From the NCBI GenBank assembly GCA_963713975.1, contig OY970218.1, forward strand, positions 1-64,000: DNA of 64,000 bases, given 5' to 3'. This DNA is from an uncultured Chloroflexia bacterium (GTDB lineage: Bacteria > Chloroflexota > Limnocylindria > Limnocylindrales > CSP1-4). The notes under the pieces were generated by a model, which saw only the letters and a list, made by a program, of their open reading frames with translations, did no database searches and had not been told where the DNA came from. This document shows positions 9,782 through 24,247 of this stretch, one piece after another (within the stretch, counting starts at the first letter, position 1; each line of letters starts with the position of its first letter). Both the position numbers and the translations under genes were made by a program.

Positions 9782-12256
9782 TCAGGCTTCGACCGGGGTC
9801 TTCGCCTCGGTAACGAGGATCGTGAGGCCCTTCCCATCGGGATCCAGGTCCACGACGATGGCGTCTCCCTGGTTATACCGGCCCAGCAGCAGGTGCTCCG
9901 CCAGCGGATCCTCGATCAGGTTCTGGATCGTCCGGCGCAGCGGGCGGGCGCCGTAGGCGACGTCGTAGCCGAGCTTGATGATGTGCTCCTTGGCCGCCTG
10001 CGTGATCTCCAGGGCCATGCCCTGGGCCTTCAGCTGGTCGCGCACCCGCTTGAGCATGAGGTCGACGATCTTCGCGATCTCCTCGACCGTCAGGCTGCGG
10101 AAGACCACCGTCGCGTCGATGCGGTTCAGGAACTCCGGGCGGAAGTTCGACTTCAGCTCGGCCTGGACCTTCTCCTTCATCAGGTCGTACGAGGCCGTGG
10201 CCCGCGTCTCGGCCGTGTCGCCCTGCTGGCGGAACCCGAGGCTGGAGTTGGTCTGGATCTTGGCCGCCCCGAGGTTGGAGGTCATGATGATGATCGTGTT
10301 CCGGAAGTCCACCCTGCGGCCCTTGGCGTCCGTGAGGTGGCCGTCCTCCATGATCTGGAGGAGAATGTTGAACACCTCGGCGTGGGCCTTCTCGATCTCG
10401 TCGAGCAGGATCACGGCGTAGCTCTTGCGGCGCACGGCCTCGGTCAGTTGGCCGCCCTCGTCGAACCCGACGTAGCCTGGCGGCGCGCCGACGAGACGGC
10501 TCACGTTGTGGCGCTCCATGAACTCGCTCATGTCGATCTTGATGAGCGTGTCCTCGGACCCGAACATGAACTCCGCGAGGGCCTTGGCGAGCTCCGTCTT
10601 GCCCACGCCCGTGGGCCCGAGGAAGACGAACGAGCCGATGGGGCGCTTGGGGTCCTTGAGGCCGGCACGGGCACGGCGAACGGCACGGGAAACGGTCTCG
10701 ATCGCCTCTTCCTGGCCGATCAGCCGGGTATGGAGGACCTCCTCCATCCTGAGCAGCCGTTCGGACTCCTCCTGGGCGATCCGCGTGACCGGGATCCCGG
10801 TCCACATCGCGACGACCTGGGCGATCTCCTCGTCGTCGACCTTCGGCGGCTCACCGGAGACCGAGGACTGCCACTCCGCCCGCAGCCCGTCGACCTGCTC
10901 CCGCGAGGTCGCCTCGGCCTCGCGCAGCGTCGCTGCCTGCTCGTACTCCTGGGCGTTGATCGCGGCGTCCTTCTCCTTGGTGATCCGGTCCAGCTCCTTC
11001 TGCGCGGCACGCAGCTCGGGCGGGGCGGACGAGTGACGGAGGCGGACGCGGCTGGATGCCTCGTCGATCAGGTCGATTGCCTTGTCGGGCAGGTGGCGAT
11101 CCGTGATGTACCGGATCGAGAGGTCTGCGGCCGCGCGGACGGCCTCGTCCGTGATCGTGACCTTGTGGTGCTGTTCGTACCGCTCGCGGATGCCGAGCAG
11201 GATCTCGATCGTCTGCTCGAGCGTGGGCTCCTCCACCATGACCGGCTGGAAGCGACGCTCGAGCGCGGCGTCCTTCTCGATGTACTTGCGGTACTCGTCA
11301 AGGGTCGTGGCGCCGATGCACTGCAGCTCGCCTCGCGAGAGCGGTGGCTTGAGGATGTTCGCGGCATCGATCGCGCCTTCGGCCGCCCCGGCCCCCACCA
11401 GCGTGTGCAGCTCGTCGATGAACAGGATCGCGTCGCTCGTGTTGCGCAGCTCCTCGATGATCTTCTTGAGCCGCTCCTCGAACTCGCCGCGGTACTTCGT
11501 GCCGGCGACCAGCGACCCGATGTCCAGGGTCAGGACCCGCTTGTTGAGCAGGATGTCCGGCACGTCCCCGGCCACGATCCGGTGGGCGAGGCCCTCGGCG
11601 ATGGCGGTCTTGCCGACACCCGGCTCTCCGATCAGGGCGGGGTTGTTCTTCGTCTTGCGCCCCAGGATCTGGATGACCCGCTCGATCTCCTTCTCGCGGC
11701 CGATCACCGGATCAAGCTTGTCGGCACGCGCGGCATCCGTGAGGTTGATCCCGAGGGCGTCGACGGTGGGGGTCTTGCTGGCCCGCTTCGTCTCCTGGGC
11801 GGGGCCCGCGGAGGAGGACTGCGAGAGGACGCGGATCACCTCGTGGCGGACCTTGTCCAGGTTCACGCCCAGGCTCTCCAGCACGCCCGCCGCGATACCT
11901 TCGCCCTCGCGCACCAGGCCCAGCAGGAGATGCTCGGTGCCGATGTAGTTGTGGCCGAGACGACGAGCCTCGTCGATCGCCAGCTCGATGACGCGCTTGG
12001 CGCGCGGCGTGAGGCCCACCTCACCGACAACGGGGCGATCTCCGCGGCCGATGATGAACTCCACCGCCGTCCGCACCTTGGCGAGCTCGACGTTCATGTT
12101 CTCGAGCACGCGAGCGGCGACACCCTCGCCCTCGCGAACCAGGCCCAGCAGGAGATGCTCGGTGCCGATGTAGTTGTGGTTGAACCGCTGCGCCTCGTCC
12201 TGGGCAAGCGTAAGAACCTTGCGCGCGCGATCCGTGAACTTGTCGAAGCGATCCAT
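9782..12256 (-). CDS. clpC: ATP-dependent Clp protease ATP-binding subunit ClpC
   Basis: Starts [15 protein letters not shown]; two Clp-N repeats, GEPGVGKT and GPTGVGKT Walker A motifs, UVR coiled coil, LGF loop. Confidence 0.96.
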   Translation of the reverse strand: MDRFDKFTDRARKVLTLAQDEAQRFNHNYIGTEHLLLGLVREGEGVAARVLENMNVELAKVRTAVEFIIGRGDRPVVGEVGLTPRAKRVIELAIDEARRLGHNYIGTEHLLLGLVREGEGIAAGVLESLGVNLDKVRHEVIRVLSQSSSAGPAQETKRASKTPTVDALGINLTDAARADKLDPVIGREKEIERVIQILGRKTKNNPALIGEPGVGKTAIAEGLAHRIVAGDVPDILLNKRVLTLDIGSLVAGTKYRGEFEERLKKIIEELRNTSDAILFIDELHTLVGAGAAEGAIDAANILKPPLSRGELQCIGATTLDEYRKYIEKDAALERRFQPVMVEEPTLEQTIEILLGIRERYEQHHKVTITDEAVRAAADLSIRYITDRHLPDKAIDLIDEASSRVRLRHSSAPPELRAAQKELDRITKEKDAAINAQEYEQAATLREAEATSREQVDGLRAEWQSSVSGEPPKVDDEEIAQVVAMWTGIPVTRIAQEESERLLRMEEVLHTRLIGQEEAIETVSRAVRRARAGLKDPKRPIGSFVFLGPTGVGKTELAKALAEFMFGSEDTLIKIDMSEFMERHNVSRLVGAPPGYVGFDEGGQLTEAVRRKSYAVILLDEIEKAHAEVFNILLQIMEDGHLTDAKGRRVDFRNTIIIMTSNLGAAKIQTNSSLGFRQQGDTAETRATASYDLMKEKVQAELKSNFRPEFLNRIDATVVFRSLTVEEIAKIVDLMLKRVRDQLKAQGMALEITQAAKEHIIKLGYDVAYGARPLRRTIQNLIEDPLAEHLLLGRYNQGDAIVVDLDPDGKGLTILVTEAKTPVEA

Positions 12257-12441
12257 CCGGTCGAGTCTTCTCCCTGGCCGCGGGGGCGACCTGACGGCCA
12301 TCCTAGCACCTGATCCCCGAGGGCAACGCAAGGCCCAAAGTGCCCGTGACGTGCACGCGGCGGCTGGGTGGCGCCTACCTGCTATTCGTCCCGGACGGGC
12401 CGCCGGATGCCGGCCGGGGCCGGGCCAGAGGCGGGAATCAG

Positions 12442-12470
12442 GACGACCCGCCGGGAACCGGCGGGTCGTC
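12442..12470 (-). terminator. Hairpin downstream of rpsA (probable terminator)
   Basis: Perfect 13-bp inverted repeat GACGACCCGCCGG-GAA-CCGGCGGGTCGTC with a weak U tail. Confidence 0.55.
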
Positions 12471-12503
12471 GGGTGTCGTGTGGGAGTGCGGGCTCCCGGC
12501 GGG

Positions 12504-14984
12504 TCAGGCCTTTTCTGCCGCCGCCTCGACGGCTTCGGCGGCCTCGACGATTGCCTCGTCCTCGATGGCCTCGGCGATGGCCTCGGCCTCGACGGCTTCG
12601 GCGGCCTCGACGACCTCCTCGGCGACGATGGCCGTTTCGATGGCCTCCTCCTCGACCGTCTGGGCGACCTCGACGACCAGCTCGGCCTCGACGGCCTCCT
12701 CGATGGCCTCGGCCTCGACGGCTTCGGCGGCCTCGACGACCTCCTCGGCGACGATGGCTTCGGCGGCGGCATCGGCCTGCGCGTCCTGAGCGGCCTCGAT
12801 GACCTCCTCGGCGACGATGGCTTCGGCGACGGCCTCGGCCTCATCAGCCTCGGCGGCCTCGAGCAGGGCTTCGGCCTCGACGGGATTGGTGACCCCGCCG
12901 GCGTCGATGGCATCGATGTACTGCTCGGCCTCGACAGCCTCGGCGACCGCATCGGCCTGCGCGTCCTGGGCGGCCTCGATAACCGCCTCCGCCTCGATGG
13001 CTTCGGCGACGGCCTCGGCCTCGACGGCTTCGGCAATCTCCGCGACGGCTTCCGCCTCGACGGCCGTCTCGACGGCCTCCGCCTCGATGGCCTCGGCGGC
13101 CTCCACGACCTCCTCGGCGACGATGGCTTCGGCGACGGCCTCGGCCTCGACGGCTTCGGCAATCTCCGCGACGGCTTCCGCCTCGATGGCCGTCTCGACG
13201 GCCTCCGCCTCCGCGACCTCGGCGGCCTCGGCAATGGCTTCCGCCTCGACGGCGACCTCGGCGGACGGCGGCTCGGTCCCGGCCGCCTCGGCCGCGGCCA
13301 GCTGGCTGCGGACCTGTGCGAAGGCAGCGGCCAGGGTCGTATCGATCCCGCCCTCGGGCTCGGAATGCGTGTCCGACGGCGCATAGCCGCGGTCCGGCCG
13401 CTCACGGCGCTCACGGCGCTCACGGCGCTCACCGGCCGGGGCCGGCGTGGTACCGGGCTCCGGCATGGTGCGGACCGGCGCCTCCTCGGCCTGCTTGAGG
13501 CTGAGGCCCAGGCGATGCCGCTCGGAGTCGAGGCTGATGATCTTGAGCTTGAGAACCTGGCCCTCGTGGACGACGTCGCCCGGATGGGCAACCCGCTGGT
13601 GGCTCAGCTCGCTGATGTGGATCAGGCCCTCGAGGCCCTCGCGGACGCGGACGAAGGCGCCGAAGTTGACGAGCTTCGTGACCGTGCCGTCGATGACGTC
13701 ACCGACCTTGAAGTCGGCGACGGTCGACTCCCACGGGTCGGGCTGCAGGCGGCGGATCGACAGGCTGATCCGGCCCCGCTCGTGGTTGATGTCGATGACC
13801 TCGGCCTCGACCTCCTCGCCGACCTTGTAGCCGGACTCGGGATTGTTGACCTTGTTCCACGAGAGCTCGCTCTTGTGGACGAGGCCGTCGATGCCACCGA
13901 GATCGATGAAGATGCCGAAGGGCGCGATGGACCGGACGTTGCCGGTGACCTTCTGGCCGACCTGCAGGCTGCTGAACAGCTCGTCCCGCTTCTCTCGGCG
14001 CTCCTCGTAGAGGGCGACCTTCTCGGACAGGATGAGCCGATTGGCCTTGCGATTGACCTCCAGGATCTTCAGCCGGAGCTTGCGGCCGACGTACGGCTGC
14101 AGCTTCTCGGCGATCTCCTGGGCGGCGTCACGCGGCTGCTCGTTCTGCGGCCGGCGGGGGAAGTCCACGATCTGGCTGATCGGAACGAAGCCGCGGATCC
14201 CGCAGTCAACGATCAGGCCACCCTTGTTGTGGTCGATGACCGGTGCGTCGATGATCGTGCCCGCCTCGAACAGCTCCTGCATCGAGCGCCACTTGCGCTC
14301 GAGGCCGGCGCGGCGGAGCGAGAGGACCACGTGGCCCTCGGGCGATTCCGGCTGGAGGACGTAGACCAGGACGACGTCGCCGATGTTGAGCTCGGGCTGC
14401 GATTCGGCATGGCGCCCGAAGAGCTCCCGGTTGCTGACGACACCTTCGGACTTCGCGCCGATGTCGACCAGGATCTCGTCCTTGTCGATCCGGACCACGG
14501 TGCCTTCGACGACGTCCCCATGCTTGAAGCTCTTGATGTCGGTGTCCTGCTCTGCGAGCAGCTCCTCCATCGTCGTCGGCTCGGGACCGGTGCGTCGGAC
14601 AACCGGTGCCGGCTCCTCTTCCTCCTCCTCGTCGGCCGCGGGCGGCGCATCGGCGGCATCGTCCTCATCGGAGGCGGCTGCCTCGGGGGCCGCGACCTCG
14701 GGGGCCGCGACCTCGGCGTCCGCGTTCGCTGGGGCGACCTCCGGCGCTGCCGCTTCGGGCGCGGCCGCTTCGGGCGCTGCCGCTTCGGGCGCGGCGGGCT
14801 CTTCGGCGGTCTCGGGGGCGGTCTCGGGGGCGGCGGTCTCGGGGGCGGTCTCGGGGGCGGCGGTCTCGGGGGCGGGCTCGTCGGCGGCGGTGATCGCCGC
14901 GACGGTCTCCTCGGACGCCGTGGAGTCGCCGGAGGCGGCCGCCTCCGGTGCCGGCGCGGTCCCGCCCTGCTGCTCGTCGGTCAA
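12504..14984 (-). CDS. rpsA: 30S ribosomal protein S1 (four S1 domains) with long acidic Ala/Glu-rich N- and C-terminal extensions
   Basis: GDVVEGTVV..DIGAKSEG, NKGGLIV..RGFVPISQ, FGIFIDLGGIDGLVHKSELSW and FGAFVRV..GLEGLIHISEL. TTG start with AGGAG RBS. Confidence 0.93.
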   Translation of the reverse strand: MTDEQQGGTAPAPEAAASGDSTASEETVAAITAADEPAPETAAPETAPETAAPETAPETAEEPAAPEAAAPEAAAPEAAAPEVAPANADAEVAAPEVAAPEAAASDEDDAADAPPAADEEEEEEPAPVVRRTGPEPTTMEELLAEQDTDIKSFKHGDVVEGTVVRIDKDEILVDIGAKSEGVVSNRELFGRHAESQPELNIGDVVLVYVLQPESPEGHVVLSLRRAGLERKWRSMQELFEAGTIIDAPVIDHNKGGLIVDCGIRGFVPISQIVDFPRRPQNEQPRDAAQEIAEKLQPYVGRKLRLKILEVNRKANRLILSEKVALYEERREKRDELFSSLQVGQKVTGNVRSIAPFGIFIDLGGIDGLVHKSELSWNKVNNPESGYKVGEEVEAEVIDINHERGRISLSIRRLQPDPWESTVADFKVGDVIDGTVTKLVNFGAFVRVREGLEGLIHISELSHQRVAHPGDVVHEGQVLKLKIISLDSERHRLGLSLKQAEEAPVRTMPEPGTTPAPAGERRERRERRERPDRGYAPSDTHSEPEGGIDTTLAAAFAQVRSQLAAAEAAGTEPPSAEVAVEAEAIAEAAEVAEAEAVETAIEAEAVAEIAEAVEAEAVAEAIVAEEVVEAAEAIEAEAVETAVEAEAVAEIAEAVEAEAVAEAIEAEAVIEAAQDAQADAVAEAVEAEQYIDAIDAGGVTNPVEAEALLEAAEADEAEAVAEAIVAEEVIEAAQDAQADAAAEAIVAEEVVEAAEAVEAEAIEEAVEAELVVEVAQTVEEEAIETAIVAEEVVEAAEAVEAEAIAEAIEDEAIVEAAEAVEAAAEKA
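12515..13260 (-). repeat. Degenerate coding repeats (EAVAEAIEAEA / AEEVVEAAEA) in the S1 C-terminal tail
   Basis: Near-identical segments 126 bp apart (cggcaatctccgcg at 13031 and 13157) plus many shorter gcctcgacggcttcggc units. Confidence 0.85.
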
Positions 14985-15198
14985 GGTGATCCAGTCTCCT
15001 ATCGTGAATTTCGCCCGGAATCACGAACGGCCACCGAGCACGCCCGGGGCCGTCTTGGAGAGGGAATGGATCGGGGGTGACGTAGCCGGCGGTCCGCTCC
15101 TTCGCGCTCAACGAGTCCTGGAACGTTGCTCTTCAACTGTCCGTGCCCATGGGCTGGGCGAGTCTAGCACCCCTATTCCGCGGGTACAATCGCTGCCC

Positions 15199-16080
15199 GT
15201 GCCGGAATTGCCCGATCTCGCCGTCGTCGCCGACGCCCTGCATGCCGCCCTCGTGGGCAGGCCGATCGCCGACGCCCGTGCCCGCATGCCCCTCTCGGTT
15301 CGTGGCACGCCGCAGGAGATGGAGGCGCTGCGCGGCCAGCGAGTCGTGCGGGTCGCGCGCGTGGGCAAGTTCCTGGACATCGACCTGGATCGCGACCGCC
15401 TGGTCGTCAACCCCATGCTGACCGGTCGCCTGCAGCTGGCGGGCCACGGCGAGAAGGCGCCAGCGGGGACGGCCGTGGAGCTCGCCCTCGGCGCCAGGGA
15501 GCATGGATCAGGGCCGACGGACGCCGCCGCGTGGGTCGCGAACGCAGCCTGGCTCCCGGACGACGACGCGACCATCATCGCCCGCTATCGAGATCCCACC
15601 CAGATGGGCAAGGTGTACCTGCTCCCGTCTGGTGTCGAGCGGATTGTCCCGGGCCGCGGCCCCGGCGAGATGGGGCCGGACGCCCTTGATCCCGGACTAA
15701 CGGTGGAGGCCTGGCGTGAGCGCATCCGGAAGCACCCGGGCGAGCTCAAGAACCTGCTCCGCAACCAGGCGTTCATCGCCGGGATCGGCAACGCCTACTC
15801 GGACGAGATCCTGTTCGAGGCCCGCCTGCTTCCCTTCCGGAAGAGGTCGACGCTGGCAGCCGAGGAGATCGACGTCCTGTACCACGCCATGCGCGAGACG
15901 CTGGCCAGGTCGATCGACCTCCTGCGGCTACGCGTCCCGCCCACATTCGAGAAGCAGGTACGCGACCACCTGGCGGTCCACAACCGCGGCGGACAACCGT
16001 GCTCCCGGTGCGGCGCACGCATCACCGCAGTCAAGGCCGGAGGCTTCCCTACCGGGTACTGCCGGAGTTGCCAGCGCTAG
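15199..16080 (+). CDS. Fpg/Nei family DNA glycosylase/AP lyase
   Basis: N-terminal (M)PELPD, RVGKFL, MLTGRL, H2TH motif GIGNAYSDEILF and C-terminal CSRC...CRSCQ zinc finger. Confidence 0.92.
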   Translation: MPELPDLAVVADALHAALVGRPIADARARMPLSVRGTPQEMEALRGQRVVRVARVGKFLDIDLDRDRLVVNPMLTGRLQLAGHGEKAPAGTAVELALGAREHGSGPTDAAAWVANAAWLPDDDATIIARYRDPTQMGKVYLLPSGVERIVPGRGPGEMGPDALDPGLTVEAWRERIRKHPGELKNLLRNQAFIAGIGNAYSDEILFEARLLPFRKRSTLAAEEIDVLYHAMRETLARSIDLLRLRVPPTFEKQVRDHLAVHNRGGQPCSRCGARITAVKAGGFPTGYCRSCQR

Positions 16081-16117
16081 GTCGATCAGCCGTGCCGGCG
16101 CAGGGGCCTGCGCGGCG

Positions 16118-16975
16118 TCACGGGATGATCAGCACCTGCCCGACCCGGATCACGCTGGCATCCGCAATCTCGTTGGCCACCTTGAGCTTGCGAACGGTCG
16201 TGTTGAACTTCGCCGCGATGGAGCTCAGGCTGTCCCCCGACTTCACGACGTAGCGCACGACACTGGCCGGACTCACGCCCGGCGTCCGGCTGGGGGTCGG
16301 GCGGGCCGACGGCGATGTGGATGGCGAAGGATTCGCGCTGGGGGTCTCCGCCGGCGCCGAGGACGGTGAACCCGACGGGGTCGCCTGGACCGATGCCGTC
16401 GGATGCACGGTCGGCGTGGATGCTGGCACGGAGGGAACCGTGGAATGAGACGCCGCGGCGCCACCGGCGATGGCCGGCGAGGGACTGCCATCGGCGGACG
16501 GGGATGCCGTGCGGGCGATCACCAGCACCAGGAACGCCAGCACCATCAGGCCGATGAGGAGCGCCTGACCGCCGGCCCGCACCGACGCCGACCCGCCCCC
16601 GGAGATCGCGCCGCGTGCTGGCTCGACCACCAGGATCGTGCCTGGCACGTCGGGCCAGAGTCCGCCGGACGCCGCGACACCAGGACCACCCGCTGCACCG
16701 TCCAGCTCCCGCGCAGCCACGAACGTGGCACAGCCGCGATGGACCTCCCGCGTGCACAGGTCGCGCTGCTTGCCAACCGCGAGCGGAGATGCCGGTTGCG
16801 TCGCGCTGCAGCGCTGCTCGCGTGCGGCCACCAGCGACCGCCACGATCCATCACCGGCGAGGAGATACGGACAGACGTGATGCAGGGAGCTACGGCCGAC
16901 TGGACCGCTGCTCTCCGGCGACGAGGCGTCATCGCCGGTCGGTCGAAGATCGGGGTCCACGTCGGGGGGGGGCAT
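16118..16975 (-). CDS. Membrane-anchored LysM protein with N-terminal Cys/His cluster
   Basis: C-terminal YVVKSGDSLSSIAAKF...IRVGQVLIIP, central TM helix and Ser/Pro/Thr linker. Confidence 0.85.
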   Translation of the reverse strand: MPPPDVDPDLRPTGDDASSPESSGPVGRSSLHHVCPYLLAGDGSWRSLVAAREQRCSATQPASPLAVGKQRDLCTREVHRGCATFVAARELDGAAGGPGVAASGGLWPDVPGTILVVEPARGAISGGGSASVRAGGQALLIGLMVLAFLVLVIARTASPSADGSPSPAIAGGAAASHSTVPSVPASTPTVHPTASVQATPSGSPSSAPAETPSANPSPSTSPSARPTPSRTPGVSPASVVRYVVKSGDSLSSIAAKFNTTVRKLKVANEIADASVIRVGQVLIIP

Positions 16976-17118
16976 CCAGCGAGGATAGCGCGGACCTCCT
17001 TCATGGTCTCCGACGATGTCCGGCCGCAGAGAGGTGCCCCGCTCCTACGCCCGCGAAGACCGACCTCCTCACGGAACAACGACCCGCTTGCGGAACACGA
17101 CCCCCTTAAATGCAACAA

Positions 17119-17236
<118 letters not shown>

Positions 17237-17370
17237 TCGTTTGCATCTGGTAGATGACGGCATGCGACCTGCGTCGCCGGAGCGACGAGGGCGCCATCGA
17301 TCGAGGATCACGATCGCCTTGGAGATCCCGACCTCCCGGCACGCTGACCCCTGGTCAGGTGCTGGTATAG

Positions 17371-20427
<3,057 letters not shown>

Positions 20428-20576
20428 TCCGCCAGCATCTGACCAGGTGGCCAGTGCGGGACGGGATCGTGATCGGGGTTCTCCTTGATTTCACGGCGAA
20501 ATCATGATCCTAGAAGCCCTCCCGGCCTCGCGGCCGACAGGACTCTTGATCGTTATTACTGCCGTCATCTATCCAG

Positions 20577-20589
20577 TTGTTAAGGTGCA
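20577..20589 (-). promoter_or_regulatory. boxA-like antitermination element in the ITS
   Basis: TGCACCTTAACAA, identical to the leader copy at 22804-22816. Confidence 0.65.
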
Positions 20590-20823
20590 CCGCCGAAGCG
20601 GTCCGACGATCGGAGCTGTGCTCCTGACCATCCCAGCGATCCGCTGGTCGGTGGGCTTCCATGAAGCACACGGATCAGGGGAGGTTGGTTGCGGATCCAG
20701 ACGCGAGTCGACGGCTCGAGGACCTGCCTGCGAACCGTCGTTCTGTCGCGGTGTTGGATCCGGGTTCTCGAGTGGTCCCGAGGTATTCACTTGTCCTGGC
20801 TAGTGCGCGCAGCCCGCCGAAGG

Positions 20824-20899
20824 TGGTGGAGACGAGGAGACTCGAACTCCTGACCCTCTCCTTGCAAAGGAGATGCTCTGCCAGCTGAGCTACGTCCCC
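20824..20899 (-). tRNA. tRNA-Ala(TGC)
   Basis: GGGGACGTAGCTCAGCTGGCAGAGCATCTCCTT-TGC-AAGGAGA...CTCCACCA; G3:U70 pair. Confidence 0.97.
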
Positions 20900-20921
20900 G
20901 TGACCCGAAGTCGGCGGGAAG

Positions 20922-20998
20922 TGGTGGGCGCACCTGGACTCGAACCAGGGACCTCGGCCTTATCAGGGCCGCGCTCTAACCAGCTGAGCTATGCGCCC
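20922..20998 (-). tRNA. tRNA-Ile(GAT)
   Basis: GGGCGCATAGCTCAGCTGGTTAGAGCGCGGCCCT-GAT-AAGGCCG...CCCACCA. Confidence 0.97.
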
Positions 20999-21227
20999 TG
21001 AGTGCCGGCGTCACCGGTCAGGCACGGCGGCCGCACCGTAACCCTTGAAGAGTGGTAGGAACAGGGCCGACTGATCGTGCCCGGTTACGGTGTCTCACCA
21101 TGTCGCTGATCGATCTCCGGCTTGCGCCGGCGCTCCTCACATGGCTAGAGGTGCGAACGATCGGGCGATCAACCTGGGAGCCATCAACGCCAGGACCTCA
21201 CCGTAAGGGTCCTGACTCGGATCTCCC

Positions 21228-22720
<1,493 letters not shown>

Positions 22721-22803
22721 AAAACTCGACCTTGCGGTCGAGTCAAATCTCATAGAGCTTGGTCCAGGCACGTTCTCGTGCTGAAGTTCCTACCACTCTT
22801 CAA

Positions 22804-22816
22804 TTGTTAAGGTGCA
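22804..22816 (-). promoter_or_regulatory. boxA-like element in the rrn leader
   Basis: TGCACCTTAACAA, resembling the TGCTCTTTAACA consensus. Confidence 0.65.
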
Positions 22817-22852
22817 GCGCCCGGCCAGTATCGCCCGGAGCGCGGACTGTCC

Positions 22853-22981
22853 AGTTTGGCGCAGTTCGCCCCCCGTGTCAAACAGGGGTTCTGGGTGGTC
22901 CCCGCGTTGGCGGGAGGCCGACGAGCCTCGGGTTCGTGAGGCGCGAGGACGGATGTTAGGGTGGCTCGGCGGGCCTGTCAA
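22853..22981 (-). promoter_or_regulatory. Tandem rrn promoters P1/P2
   Basis: TTGACA-17-TAACAT (22981-22953) and TTGACA-17-CAAACT (22881-22853). Confidence 0.75.
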
Positions 22982-23032
22982 ACGCCCGCTGCCGGCCGCT
23001 TCAACGGACTGTCAGGGATGCCCGGCAAGGCA

Positions 23033-23218
23033 TCAGATCGGGCTCTCCTCCACGAGCAGGATGAAGGCCGCGCCGCTCAGCCAGCACAGGAGCGCGAGAG
23101 CCACGGAGCCTTCCGTTCCGAGCGGCCCGACGGCCAGGATCCAGATGACGAGGCCCACGACCGCGGCAGCCAGCGCCTTCGCCAGGCGCAGCAGGATCTC
23201 GAACACGAGCTCGCGCAT
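23033..23218 (-). CDS. Small two-TM membrane protein (61 aa)
   Basis: Hydrophobic ORF with high GC3; its ATG overlaps the recR TGA. Confidence 0.7.
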   Translation of the reverse strand: MRELVFEILLRLAKALAAAVVGLVIWILAVGPLGTEGSVALALLCWLSGAAFILLVEESPI

Positions 23219-23835
23219 CAGAGTGCCCTCCGTCCCTGGAGCGAGCGGATCAGCGTGACATCGTCGGCGTACTCGAGATCCCCGCCGACGGGCAGCCCGC
23301 GCGCGATCCGGGTCACGGCTCCCACCCGGCCCTCGAGGCGCTCGCCCAGGTACATCGCCGTCGCCTCACCCTCGAGCGTTGGATTGGTGGCGAGGATCAC
23401 CTCGTCGATCCGGTTCCCGTCGGCCAGGGCCTCGTCGACACGGGCCAGGAGCTCGCGCACCTTGAGGCGCTCCGGGCCGATGCCGTCGATTGGGCTGATC
23501 GCGCCGTGCAGGACGTGATACCGACCTCGGAACTCACGGGTCCGCTCGATCGCCAGGACGTCCAGCGGCTCCTCGACGACGCACAGCGTCACCTCGTCGC
23601 GCCCGGGGTCCCGGCAGATCGGACACAACGGGGCGTCGCTGATGTTGAAGCAGCGATCGCAGAAGACCACCTCATCGCGGACGGCGATCAGGGCGCGTGC
23701 AAGCGCGCGCGCCTCCGCGTCAGGCGCCCGCAGGAGGTGGTAGGTGAGCCGCTGGGCCGTCTTGGGGCCGATCCCGGGAAGACGCGCGAACGCCTCGACG
23801 AGACGGGCGACGGGTTCGATGACCGCGCTTGCCAC
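23218..23835 (-). CDS. recR: Recombination mediator RecR
   Basis: LPGIGPKTAQR, C4 zinc finger, toprim domain and GGDLEYAD. Confidence 0.97.
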   Translation of the reverse strand: MASAVIEPVARLVEAFARLPGIGPKTAQRLTYHLLRAPDAEARALARALIAVRDEVVFCDRCFNISDAPLCPICRDPGRDEVTLCVVEEPLDVLAIERTREFRGRYHVLHGAISPIDGIGPERLKVRELLARVDEALADGNRIDEVILATNPTLEGEATAMYLGERLEGRVGAVTRIARGLPVGGDLEYADDVTLIRSLQGRRAL

Positions 23836-23844
23836 TGCGTCCGA

Positions 23845-24153
23845 TCAGCCCATTCCGGGGATGCGCAGGCCGGCGGTGACCGCGCTCATCTTCTGCTCGG
23901 CGAGCTCCTGGGATGCCTTCAGGGCATCGTTCACGGCGGCCATCACCAGGTCCTGCAGCATCTCCACGTCATCCGGATCGACCGCCGACGGGTCGATCAC
24001 GAGACCGACGAGGTCCTGCTTCCCGGTGACCGTCGCCTTCACGACCCCGCCCCCGGCCGAGCCCTCGACCGTTGCGGTCTGGAGCTCCTCCTGGACGCGT
24101 GCCATGTCCTGTTGCATCTGCATCGCCATGCGCTGCAGGTTGCCCATGCCCAT
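23845..24153 (-). CDS. YbaB/EbfC nucleoid-associated protein
   Basis: MQMQQDM..VQEEL..GSAGGGVVKATVTG..DVEMLQDLVMAAVNDA; GGAGG RBS. Confidence 0.93.
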   Translation of the reverse strand: MGMGNLQRMAMQMQQDMARVQEELQTATVEGSAGGGVVKATVTGKQDLVGLVIDPSAVDPDDVEMLQDLVMAAVNDALKASQELAEQKMSAVTAGLRIPGMG

Positions 24154-24247
24154 GAATGTGACCTCCGGTTGCGGGTGGTGGCGGTGGCCGCGACGTCCCG
24201 GCCCAGTCTCGCGCATGGCGGACCGGCACGCACGGCATCGCGAGGCC

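Noticed and set aside
12257-13591. 1269-aa ClpC with a long N-terminal extension (ORF track)
   Set aside because: The extension is an off-frame read of the rpsA repeat and intergenic DNA. ClpC starts at MDRFDKF (12256), after a hairpin and a TGCTAGGAT promoter.
15199-15216. PELPD instead of PELPE as an inactive glycosylase
   Set aside because: Catalytic Pro2 and Glu3 are intact and the change is conservative.
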